From the NCBI GenBank assembly GCA_020353515.1, contig CP070695.1, forward strand, positions 2,486,966-2,550,965: a stretch of 64,000 nt of DNA. The letters are read 5' to 3'. A program made the translations under genes and the position numbers. The stretch is from Candidatus Heimdallarchaeota archaeon (lineage in GTDB: Archaea; Asgardarchaeota; Heimdallarchaeia; Hodarchaeales; Hodarchaeaceae). Of this stretch, positions 29,599-38,964 are shown in pieces. Numbering within the stretch: the stretch's first letter is position 1; the number at the start of each line of letters is the position of its first letter. The notes under the pieces were generated by a model. It was not told where the DNA came from. It was given only the letters and a program-made list of their open reading frames with translations, and made no database searches.

Positions 29599-30261
29599 GT
29601 GGGATTAAGACACACGACTAGGGAAACTAGATATTTGATCGTTCTTAAAATTGTACTTATTGGTGATGGTGGGGTCGGTAAAACGGCCATTCGTGAATCT
29701 TACCTTGGACATGGTTTTGAATCCCAATATGTGATGACTATTGGTGCCGATTTTGCCATGCAAGATGATATCGTAAATGGAAGGAAATTAAGATATCAAA
29801 TTTGGGATTTAGCAGGTCAAGACCGATTTGACGGTGTCAGAAATGTCTATTACAGGGGAGCAAAAGGTTCACTTCTCATTTTTGATGTGACGAGACCTGA
29901 TTCTTATTTCAATATCCCAAAATGGGTAAAGGAACTCTGGGGATTTAATGGACAAGGTAAAATACCTATTGTCTTAGTAGCTAACAAAATAGACTTACGA
30001 GAGTTGTCAGATGGGGAAATAATAAGTCCTGATCAAGGGAGAAAGATGGCTGAGAAACTCACCAAGCTGACCTCAAAAGAAGGATTTGCTTGTCACTACA
30101 TTGAAACATCTGCTAAAACAGGAGTTAAGATCCAAGACGCATTCTCTCTGCTTAGTGAGAATGTTATGAATCTGGCAGAAAAACGGGGCCTACTTAAACT
30201 GAAATCAAGTCGTCCGAAGTCATCTTTGGAACGACAATCAATAGTTAAACAATTACAGTAG
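29599..30261 (+). CDS. Rab-like small GTPase with basic C-terminal tail
   Basis: GDGGVGKT, TIGADF, RYQIWDLAGQDRF, YYRGA, NKID, ETSAK. True start is probably the TTG at 29635. Confidence 0.95.
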   Translation: MGLRHTTRETRYLIVLKIVLIGDGGVGKTAIRESYLGHGFESQYVMTIGADFAMQDDIVNGRKLRYQIWDLAGQDRFDGVRNVYYRGAKGSLLIFDVTRPDSYFNIPKWVKELWGFNGQGKIPIVLVANKIDLRELSDGEIISPDQGRKMAEKLTKLTSKEGFACHYIETSAKTGVKIQDAFSLLSENVMNLAEKRGLLKLKSSRPKSSLERQSIVKQLQ

Positions 30262-30320
30262 AATTTAGTTCAATATGCTTTTCAAACCTGCAAACATTGG
30301 TTAGGGAGGATTCAACATTT

Positions 30321-31358
30321 TCAAGCGAAGAAGCGGACTCCAAGTCCAAGAGTAATTCCGATGACAACAGTTACAGTGTAGAACGAAAAAGCAAACACGC
30401 TTAAGTTCAAATGCCATGATTTCTGCTTTGTCATCCCTTTAACTTTAAGTAACCCTGTTATTCCTGTACCTATCAGTCCTATCATACTCAAGAGAGCTAT
30501 TATACCATGAAGTGAATAGAACACAGTCCCTTTGAGGGAAAATGTCTGAATTATCCAGTAAACGAAAGTTCCCATCGCAGCTATCAGATAAGCAGCTGTT
30601 AAAAAAAAATGAACCTTCCTGCTCTCAATAAAGTCAGGTAAATCCACACTATCCATCTTTCCTACCCTTCTCAGACCAGATACGATTGAAAATCCCCCTA
30701 ACAGGAATGTTATTGAAAACAAAGTCGCATGAAGAACCCAATCTTTCAATGAAGTATAACTGGCATCATCGCTCCATCCACGTGTTTCCCAGAAACCTCG
30801 GTAATTATAATCAACGATTTTTATCTCATAAACCCACATAACCCACTTGTACCCAGCATGTCCTGGAGCGACTACTCTTACAGGAAAGCCTTGATTAACT
30901 GGTAAGGTTTCACCGTTCATCTCAAATGCTAAAAGCACATCACTCTTGGTCGCTTCCTCAATAGTTAACGAGGAGGAATACCCATCCCACGCTCTGAAAA
31001 TAACATCCACAGCCCCGTCTTTAACTTGGGCCAGGTCCAATATCTCACGGACTCGTATTCCACGCCATTCCGCTGTTCCTGAATATCCCTCCACACACCT
31101 AATGGTAGCAATTTCCATTTTAGACTGTTGTGTAGTAAAATTTTCATAAGTAAACACTAAGGGGGATTGAACGTGGCCAAAAACGCTCAGTGTCCACGTG
31201 GTAACATTGATTTGAGGGGGTGGGCTAATTGAATTAGTGAAAAACTCATCGTTTGGTGTTATCTGGGTTTGTTTACTTACAATATACCCAACAGCGATCA
31301 ATGGAAGTGAAAATAGAAATATTAAGAATAGAGAATTTATGACAACCCGGTTCATCAC
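30321..31358 (-). CDS. Sulfite-oxidase-family molybdopterin domain fused to a 4-TM His-containing (cytochrome b561-like) domain
   Basis: IRCVEG (Mo-ligand Cys), AEWRG, MNGETLP..QGFPVRVVAPG..GYKWVMWV, GFWE.RGW; then four TMs with one His each. Confidence 0.85.
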   Translation of the reverse strand: MMNRVVINSLFLIFLFSLPLIAVGYIVSKQTQITPNDEFFTNSISPPPQINVTTWTLSVFGHVQSPLVFTYENFTTQQSKMEIATIRCVEGYSGTAEWRGIRVREILDLAQVKDGAVDVIFRAWDGYSSSLTIEEATKSDVLLAFEMNGETLPVNQGFPVRVVAPGHAGYKWVMWVYEIKIVDYNYRGFWETRGWSDDASYTSLKDWVLHATLFSITFLLGGFSIVSGLRRVGKMDSVDLPDFIESRKVHFFLTAAYLIAAMGTFVYWIIQTFSLKGTVFYSLHGIIALLSMIGLIGTGITGLLKVKGMTKQKSWHLNLSVFAFSFYTVTVVIGITLGLGVRFFA

Positions 31359-31535
31359 TCTGACCTCTCATTAGCGGGGGAGTCACCATTCTGACACTTC
31401 AAAGTATTTGTCATACGAGAAAAGAAACAGACGATTTTTAATTTGTTCTTATTTTGCTAAAATCATCCCCACTTGATTGCTGTATTTTCAGATTTAGTCT
31501 ATTTGCCTCTTAAATCCTCACAATTAGTTATAAGA

Positions 31536-32100
31536 TTAATAAGTATCTTTATTTTTGTTCCACCAGTCTAACCATTTAATTCGACTTGCATCGCGATTTT
31601 TCTTCTTGAGACCAGCAACAAAATACCCTCCTTTACCCAATTCCCGTTTAACCAAGTAAATCTGACCCGTATGTCCTAAGAAGTGGAAAGAAATTCTTTG
31701 AATTAATTCGTTTAGTGTTTCAGTATTTCTCTTTTCGTTATGTTCTGGTAATTCCATGAATTTTTCTTCTGATAAATTGTTTAAATAATTAATACTTGTA
31801 GTAGAGAATTCTAAGAAAGTATCGATTAGTTCTTTGTAGGTCAGAGGAAATGTTCTTTCTTTTTCTCTCTCTAATCCAGAGGTAAAATAATCTCGGAATT
31901 CCTGACTTAGCTTTCTTTCACCTAAACATAAATAATTTAAAATAGAATCCATTTACATAGTTAGGTGACCAATAATCCATCGAATTGGATTAAGCTTCGG
32001 TGTTATCTGTTTCTCTTTTCGATTTCAATCGAAAAATTGCCTTTAAAACGTTCCATTCTGCAATTTCAAAAGTTTCAATGACAAAAGTCTTGGAATTCAA
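31536..32100 (-). pseudogene. DinB-family gene, disrupted
   Basis: TTG at 32100 with AGGGAG SD (MNSKTFVIETFEIAEW...), a frameshift near 32020, then NPIRWIIGHLTM*(TAA 31953-55)MDS..., and a C-terminal HFLGHTGQI DinB His motif. Confidence 0.75.
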
Positions 32101-32120
32101 TTTACTCCCTTTTTTTCTGA

Positions 32121-35100
32121 TCAAGATCTCCTAGGTCTCTGTACCAAGTAAAAAACGATAGAAATCGCGAATAGAATAACAATCCCAAAAGGTACATTCC
32201 ATGAAGGAAGATGGTCTAGATTGAAATCGGAGCTTTCTCTGGTAGTCGAAGTTTCAGAATCTATCCAAGATTGCCACCACTCAAAATCATTAAAATAATA
32301 TTCTCGACTTTCATATATCCACCCTGAGTCTGAAAAACAAAGATTATCGGCTGAATCATAGATATTAATAGACTGGATACGAGCGCGAAGAAAGTTATAT
32401 TGATCACTGAAATAAAAAGATGTTGTATCAATGGGTACAATAATGGAAATATCGACACCTTCCTCGAGATATTCGATGATAGAAGTATACATGTAATGAC
32501 TATTCCAATTATAATCATCCCACATGGTCAGTTCAATCTCTACGTCTATTCTATAGGTGTCTGTTTCGGTAACATTTATTCCAATGTAAAAACGCAGCTC
32601 CTCAAATTCACCGTCACTATCAGTACTCTCACCTCTATCAATGAAGGTATTTGTTAATAAGATAGGAGGAGTATCAAACAAGTTTCTATTGTATGTTTTC
32701 GTGATGTATGAAGTTACGGAGCGGTCGAGTAGGTTATAGAACCAATTGTAAATTCTCACATTCTCAATAATAAAGTATGTGCTATCGAAAAGAGGGTATA
32801 AAAAAATTGTATCAATAGAAAGAGATATGTTTTCAATTCCTACTTGAAAAAATACGTCAAAGGATTGCCACTCTGAGTACTCCCAGTGACGTGAACGTAT
32901 ATAAAATTCAATGTGGTATTGTCCTGATCGAGTAACATTTGTCTCTAACTCAAACGTTAACGAATCATAGTTGCCATTAGAATCTGTGTCAGCCCCAGAA
33001 TCCCAAAAATTTCCTGTTAATATAACCCCTGGACGATCAAATTCCGAAAATTTGTATTGGCGAGTAATATACGGACGATTAACATGATCGACTTCTCCCC
33101 ATGTGTTCAAAACTGATATATGATCAATAATAAACGCAGTATCTAATCTTAGGGAGTAAGGGAGGGTGGTATATAACTGAACTGATATATTATAAATACC
33201 CCAATCATACACATCAGTTTCAGAAGCCCCCCAGAAGTTTGAATCCCAGACAGGGATATAGGGTACTACTGAAATCTCAATCCTGTAAGAATCCTCTTGA
33301 GTTATGTTAACTTCTACATCAATGATTATTTCATCAAACTTCCCATCCTCATCTGTATCTATTCCTCTATCCCAATAGTTACCTGTTAGAAAGGCAGGGG
33401 GAGGATTGAACTCTGTATAGCTAAAAGCTCTTGAAATATAATTAAGATACCCCTCATCAACAACATTCCAATAGTAATATTCTTCGCGGATGATTCTACT
33501 GTCGGTTAACATAAAAGAGCTATTCACCCGAAAACGGTAGATAATAGACCCGTCAATCTCAAAGGAAATCCAATGTAATCCTTCATTCAGAAATAGGTAC
33601 TGATTATCCCAGAAATCAAATCCACCTTCAACTTGTTCGAGTCGAATCTCTATTCTATAATTACCTGAACTAGAGACATTAATCTCTATATCAAACGCGA
33701 GTACTTCAAATTTACTATTGGATTCATAGTCAATTCCTCTTGTCCAGAGGTTCCCTGTAAACCAAGCATCAGGAAGATCAAATTCTGTATAATTATAGAT
33801 ACGAGTAGTATAAGGAAGGAAGACTTCATCTAATGTATTATAATTCTCATCTCTAATTCGTAAGTGGTCAATTGCAAAGGTACTATTAGTACGATACGAA
33901 TGGACTAACATTGTATCAAAAGAAAGGGTGATATTATGTATTCCCCTAATCCAATAGTCACTATACTCTGTGTATTGATCCCAATATCCCTGATCTAGAT
34001 CAGGAAGAAATAATCTCATATAAAGAGTATAGCTCCCAGTACTTGTAATATTTACCTCAAGACCAATTTGAATTTGATCAAATTTCCCGTCAGAATCAGA
34101 ATCCAATCCAGAATCCCAGAAGTTACCTGTTGCGAAAGCTCGTGGGATATCGAATTCAGTATAATTATATGCACGGGTAGTATATGCGTAGGAGGCTTCC
34201 TCCATCAGACCATTATCCTCATTTCTAATCCGTACGTATTCAACTTCAAAGGAAATGCTATTATTACGAAGCGAATATACTAAGCTAGCGTCAAAAATCA
34301 AGGACACATTATGGAAACCCTCATTCCAATAGGCACCATGGTTTGCCCAATTACTCCAACCTACACGATCATTATTTGATGCTATTAAATGCATATTTAG
34401 CCAGTAATTACCTGTGAGAGTGATATTAACCTCAGTTTTTATTACTAATTGGTCAAATTTCCCATCAAAATCAGTATCAACTCCCCAATCCCAGTAATTG
34501 CCTGTTAAAAATTTACGAGAAGTTACGTGGATTTCTACCGAGTAAGAATTAATAGTTTGTAGACCGATCAAAAATTGCATGTCAATTCCGTAGAATTGGA
34601 ATCTCACACTTACATTAAGAGGACCATCAACATGATCCTCTGGAATATCTAACCTTATAACAATTGAAGTGTCCTCTGGTGTTAAGAATTCCCCCCAGTT
34701 TATAACTTGACCATCCGCGAATGGTGTTGAGGAGTCAAGGTTCATTGCCAGATTACAGTATCCAGGATCTTTGATTTCGACTGTAAATTCAAAAATAATG
34801 TCATCAAATACCCCATCATTGTCAGTATCGTTTCCATAGTCAGATATCCCCGTTATTTTTGCATTTGGTACTTCGAAAGCACTTGCATCATAATCCTGAG
34901 ATGTTTTGTAAGAAAAAAGCATTTGCAAATCTTCGATACCATACCACCAATAATGTCGAAAGGTTCCAACCCAAACGTAATAGGAGCCATTTGTACCGAT
35001 TTGATTAATAGCTTGACCTGAGAAGGAGAGGAGAATCTCATTCCCGATATCCCAGCGGTAAAGGATAGAAATCCCCAATAAATTCCCCTCACTGTCATTT

Positions 35101-35393
35101 AAGACGCCATAAACACCGAACTCACGATCTGTTGATTTAGGGATGCCCAAATAGATGATCAAACGGTCATAATAGCCATTACGATCGTCATCAACAGGAT
35201 AATCAGTCCAAGAACTATTGTCAGGTAGAAACTCAGTACTGGACTGACTAACTAAAGAGGAAATTTCTGATACATTCCCTGTGGTCTTAGATATACTCCC
35301 TTCCATTTGATAAGGATCACTCAAACTTCTTAAATTCAGCCCTAGTATAAAAAATAGACCAAGTACAACTCCTATCCGTTTAAGACTGGCCAT
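32121..35393 (-). CDS. Cell-surface glycoprotein with 8 tandem ~120 aa DxDxDG-containing repeats and a C-terminal TM anchor
   Basis: Signal peptide; repeats of the form TGNxWDxGxDxDxDGKFD...EVNIT...YxTRxYxYxEFDxP; S/T linker, TM, RPRRS. Confidence 0.9.
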   Translation of the reverse strand: MASLKRIGVVLGLFFILGLNLRSLSDPYQMEGSISKTTGNVSEISSLVSQSSTEFLPDNSSWTDYPVDDDRNGYYDRLIIYLGIPKSTDREFGVYGVLNDSEGNLLGISILYRWDIGNEILLSFSGQAINQIGTNGSYYVWVGTFRHYWWYGIEDLQMLFSYKTSQDYDASAFEVPNAKITGISDYGNDTDNDGVFDDIIFEFTVEIKDPGYCNLAMNLDSSTPFADGQVINWGEFLTPEDTSIVIRLDIPEDHVDGPLNVSVRFQFYGIDMQFLIGLQTINSYSVEIHVTSRKFLTGNYWDWGVDTDFDGKFDQLVIKTEVNITLTGNYWLNMHLIASNNDRVGWSNWANHGAYWNEGFHNVSLIFDASLVYSLRNNSISFEVEYVRIRNEDNGLMEEASYAYTTRAYNYTEFDIPRAFATGNFWDSGLDSDSDGKFDQIQIGLEVNITSTGSYTLYMRLFLPDLDQGYWDQYTEYSDYWIRGIHNITLSFDTMLVHSYRTNSTFAIDHLRIRDENYNTLDEVFLPYTTRIYNYTEFDLPDAWFTGNLWTRGIDYESNSKFEVLAFDIEINVSSSGNYRIEIRLEQVEGGFDFWDNQYLFLNEGLHWISFEIDGSIIYRFRVNSSFMLTDSRIIREEYYYWNVVDEGYLNYISRAFSYTEFNPPPAFLTGNYWDRGIDTDEDGKFDEIIIDVEVNITQEDSYRIEISVVPYIPVWDSNFWGASETDVYDWGIYNISVQLYTTLPYSLRLDTAFIIDHISVLNTWGEVDHVNRPYITRQYKFSEFDRPGVILTGNFWDSGADTDSNGNYDSLTFELETNVTRSGQYHIEFYIRSRHWEYSEWQSFDVFFQVGIENISLSIDTIFLYPLFDSTYFIIENVRIYNWFYNLLDRSVTSYITKTYNRNLFDTPPILLTNTFIDRGESTDSDGEFEELRFYIGINVTETDTYRIDVEIELTMWDDYNWNSHYMYTSIIEYLEEGVDISIIVPIDTTSFYFSDQYNFLRARIQSINIYDSADNLCFSDSGWIYESREYYFNDFEWWQSWIDSETSTTRESSDFNLDHLPSWNVPFGIVILFAISIVFYLVQRPRRS

Positions 35394-35641
35394 TTATTTA
35401 TCACTCAGAATATATTCCAATTTGGTCTATTTTAACATACCCAATATCGGTGGAATTCAATGGATTCTTCTCTAGTTAATAAATTCTACCCCCTTAAAAT
35501 CTTCTTTCAAAGCTTTTTCGAAAATCTAATTTCTTGATAGAAATATAAGCACGACTTATCTGCGAAGGACAAGGAATATCTTCTTCCCATCTGATTAACT
35601 GACATTTTATCAAAATAAAAACAGACTGACGTTGAGCTGAT

Positions 35642-36700
35642 ATGAATTTTACTCGTACTAACTATGATAAATCCGATATGGTGTTATTTGGGGGAATAGT
35701 CTTCTCAGCTATATTTACTCTAGTGATATGGATATCAGGTTTTGCATTAGATCGGTTTATTCTCGAACCAGATCAAGGTCCAGCTTGGTATTATTGGCAG
35801 TTACCCAATCCAGTTCTTATAAACCAGTTAATTCTTTGGGTATTGTATTTAGCTCATCAATTGACCGTTTGGGGACTTATTTATTATGGGTATCAACAAT
35901 ATAAGACAACAGGTAAGAAACCTACTACAAATCTAACTACTTATAACATTTTAATAATCATCGCTAACGTTTTTTTCATTTTTTTACACCTTATCGAAAC
36001 TCAATTGTTCTATGATGGATTAGCTCAAGATGTGCCCATTTGGACTAGTCAAGGATCAGTTATCATTATGCTCGCAGTAATGCTAATACTTGAAAACAAA
36101 CGAAGAGGATATGTGTTTGGAAAGCAAGTTGGGAAACCAATTACTAAAGAAGTTGTTGAGTTCTTCCGATTTGGACACATGTACATTTTCGCTTGGGCAC
36201 TTGTTTATACATTTTGGTTCCATCCCATGGATAATGATCCTCAGTTATTAACAGGCTTCTTCTATATGTTTTTACTCTTCACGCAATTATCTGTAGCATT
36301 TACAAAAAGTCATTTGAATCGAAAGTGGACTGCATTATTAGAAGGATTTGTAGCATTTCATGCAGTTGTAGTAGCTATCAATAACACCTTAAGTTTTGGT
36401 AGCAGCGATATGTGGCCAATGTTTTTGAGTGGCTTTCTCTTTATGGTGGTCGCGACTTATATTTATGGGATTAGGCTAAAGAAAAGAACCATCTTAACCA
36501 TCTCATTTGTCTATATAATTTTCCTAATTTGGATTTATATCCCTGTCCCCTTAGGTTATGGACGTGATATTACTTATCTCTTTCGATTAGAAGCATTGTG
36601 GATTCCAATTATTCTCTATTTACTTGGATTGCTCTTTGCAACGATTATTTTTACCATTCAAAAAGTGAAAAAGGGAAGAAAAATCGAAAGTGTGTCGTAA
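35642..36700 (+). CDS. Conserved-looking ~10-TM membrane protein, unknown function
   Basis: Polytopic, with WYYWQL, AHQ, LHL.ETQLFYDGLAQDVP, WFHP motifs. Confidence 0.75.
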   Translation: MNFTRTNYDKSDMVLFGGIVFSAIFTLVIWISGFALDRFILEPDQGPAWYYWQLPNPVLINQLILWVLYLAHQLTVWGLIYYGYQQYKTTGKKPTTNLTTYNILIIIANVFFIFLHLIETQLFYDGLAQDVPIWTSQGSVIIMLAVMLILENKRRGYVFGKQVGKPITKEVVEFFRFGHMYIFAWALVYTFWFHPMDNDPQLLTGFFYMFLLFTQLSVAFTKSHLNRKWTALLEGFVAFHAVVVAINNTLSFGSSDMWPMFLSGFLFMVVATYIYGIRLKKRTILTISFVYIIFLIWIYIPVPLGYGRDITYLFRLEALWIPIILYLLGLLFATIIFTIQKVKKGRKIESVS

Positions 36701-36732
36701 AAAGAACTATCAACATATCAGTGTCTATATTA

Positions 36733-37443
36733 TTAATTAGTGGTTAAATCGATCAAACATTTCCGTCTTTCCGTAAGGATACCTTCAAGAATTTCTCGAG
36801 TGATCTTTTTCGATGTTTTTACATTATTAGGCATATTATAATAGCGATCTAGATCAAGAGGAGGACCAAAATAAATTCTTACAGGAGTTTGGAAGTTTAA
36901 GCGGAAAAATTTTCCTACAGGAATGATGTTATTCGTTCCATACACGAAGACAGGCACAACTTTCGTTTGAGGGCCTGCTAATTTAGCAATCCAGCCAGCA
37001 CCAACTTTGATTTTATTAATTTGAAATCTTCCTGTTCTTGACCTCCCACCTTCTGGATAAATTCCAACTGATTCACCATTCTTTAACAAATTGAGGGAGA
37101 TACGAATGAATTTTTCTCGTTCTGCTGGCCCTCGTCCGACAGGAAAAGCCAATTCATACTTCGTCCAACGAAACATGATTTTTTTCATGAAATCCGCTGC
37201 TCCTGTAAAACGAATAGCACGTTTAACAGGAAACGCCGCCACAGCTGTAAAAACAGAGTCAACATGACTCAAATGATTGGAAGTGAGCAATGTGGGTACT
37301 CCTTCAATGGGTAAGTTTTCTTTACCATACACCTTAAACGGAATCGCCCAAAAAAGTAATCTAGCTAAATTCAATAGGAAATAGTGGATAAATCGTCTCC
37401 GAAATCCAAGTTTCTTTCGTATATTATAGGGCTCCACTATCAA
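36733..37443 (-). CDS. Lysophospholipid acyltransferase (PlsC/LPLAT family)
   Basis: Catalytic NHLSHVD (HX4D), YPEGGRS, VVPV. Confidence 0.9.
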   Translation of the reverse strand: MIVEPYNIRKKLGFRRRFIHYFLLNLARLLFWAIPFKVYGKENLPIEGVPTLLTSNHLSHVDSVFTAVAAFPVKRAIRFTGAADFMKKIMFRWTKYELAFPVGRGPAEREKFIRISLNLLKNGESVGIYPEGGRSRTGRFQINKIKVGAGWIAKLAGPQTKVVPVFVYGTNNIIPVGKFFRLNFQTPVRIYFGPPLDLDRYYNMPNNVKTSKKITREILEGILTERRKCLIDLTTN

Positions 37444-37584
37444 ATCCTCAAGACCTGTATTAATTTCAACTGTTTTATTTCTTTTATTCGATAATTGATT
37501 TCTTCACATTTTTTGGCCAAGATTTATACCAATGAAAGTCATTATTCAATTCTAAACCTCATATCCCTAGATTTATCATTAGCT

Positions 37585-38958
37585 TTAGATGGTTTTAAAC
37601 ATCGTTTTCGCTTTTTCACGCATGATCTTATGGTCTACAATTGGATATGGATAATCCTCTAAGTCTTTTGGATGTTTTTGATAGAGATTGTGGATTATTT
37701 TAGGATCGTAACCTCGTAATTCAGGAATGTATTGCTTTATATAGTCACATTGTGGATCAAACTTTTTTTGTTGTAACCAAGGGTTAAAAATTCTAAAATA
37801 GGGCACTGGATCACAACCTGTACTCGCTGCCCACTGCCAATTGCCATTATTTACTGAAATATCATAATCCACTAATTTTTCTTTGAAATATTTTTCTCCC
37901 AACTGCCAATTAATTAATAGATCTTTTGTAAGGAAGGATGCGACAATCATCCTTACTCGGTTATGCATCCAACCAGTGGCATTTAGTTGCCTCATTCCTG
38001 CATCAACAATAGGAAATCCAGTTTTCCCTTCACACCAGGCTTGAAATAGTCCCTTATCATTAGTCCAGTCAAGTTTGTCATATTTTGGTCGAAAAGATCC
38101 ATTAAACACATGAGGAAAATGAAATCCAATGTAGATGTAGAAATCTCGCCAATAAAGCTGCCTTAAAAGGGCATAATTGCCAGATTGTTTAATAGCATGA
38201 TAGACTTCACGAATAGATACTGTTCCAAATTTAAGATGAGCTGATAGATGTGTGGTTCCCGTGATTGCAGGAAAATCCCGTTGTTCCTGGTAATTTTTAT
38301 GATTTTGAATCTGATCAAGAAGTTCCAATCCTTTTGTTCTTCCTCCTTTAACCCAGATGTTTGGATTGTAATAATTTAGAATTTCCCTTAATTGATCCAT
38401 TGAAATTGTATCGAATAACTCGTCGTTATAATAGGTATTTTTTGGTGCTTTTACAGGTTCATTGACTAAAAAGATCTGAGATTTTTTAAAAAAGGGAGTA
38501 AATATACTGTATGGAGTTCTATCACCTTTTTTAACAACTTCGGGTTCATTCAGTAATAAATCTGCGGTTATGATAAGCTTTGTGCCAGTATTACTGCAAA
38601 TTCTCCGAATTTTTGTGTCTCGCCTGTGTGAATATGGGGTATAATCACGATTCATTATCAATCTATCAATACCTAGTGCTTCTCTATTTAATAAATCCTT
38701 GATTATGATCTCTGGTTTATCGTGGTAGATAAATAATCTAGAATTATTCATGTTGAATTTATGAAGAAGATCAAGCACTGAATCCTTCAAAAACTGTTTA
38801 GCGTTAAAACTAAGGTTTTTATTCTTGATTAGATATTTATCTAAAATAAAAATAGGAATAACTTTCTCAGATGAATTAAGTGCATGTATTAGTCCAGAAT
38901 TATCTTCGAGCCTTAGATCTCGTCTAAATACAAATAAAGAGATCCCATTTCTTTTCAT
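37585..38958 (-). CDS. phrB: Deoxyribodipyrimidine (CPD) photolyase
   Basis: FRRDLRLEDN, TTHLSAHLKFG, RQLYWRDF, GKTGFPIVDAGMRQL..TGWMHNRVRM, NNGNWQW, FRIFNP. Confidence 0.95.
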   Translation of the reverse strand: MKRNGISLFVFRRDLRLEDNSGLIHALNSSEKVIPIFILDKYLIKNKNLSFNAKQFLKDSVLDLLHKFNMNNSRLFIYHDKPEIIIKDLLNREALGIDRLIMNRDYTPYSHRRDTKIRRICSNTGTKLIITADLLLNEPEVVKKGDRTPYSIFTPFFKKSQIFLVNEPVKAPKNTYYNDELFDTISMDQLREILNYYNPNIWVKGGRTKGLELLDQIQNHKNYQEQRDFPAITGTTHLSAHLKFGTVSIREVYHAIKQSGNYALLRQLYWRDFYIYIGFHFPHVFNGSFRPKYDKLDWTNDKGLFQAWCEGKTGFPIVDAGMRQLNATGWMHNRVRMIVASFLTKDLLINWQLGEKYFKEKLVDYDISVNNGNWQWAASTGCDPVPYFRIFNPWLQQKKFDPQCDYIKQYIPELRGYDPKIIHNLYQKHPKDLEDYPYPIVDHKIMREKAKTMFKTI

Positions 38959-38964
38959 CTTAAA

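Noticed and set aside
32121-35393. Repeats as a CRISPR array or DGR template/variable repeats
   Set aside because: They are degenerate in-frame protein repeats; no identical DNA repeats, cas genes or reverse transcriptase were seen.
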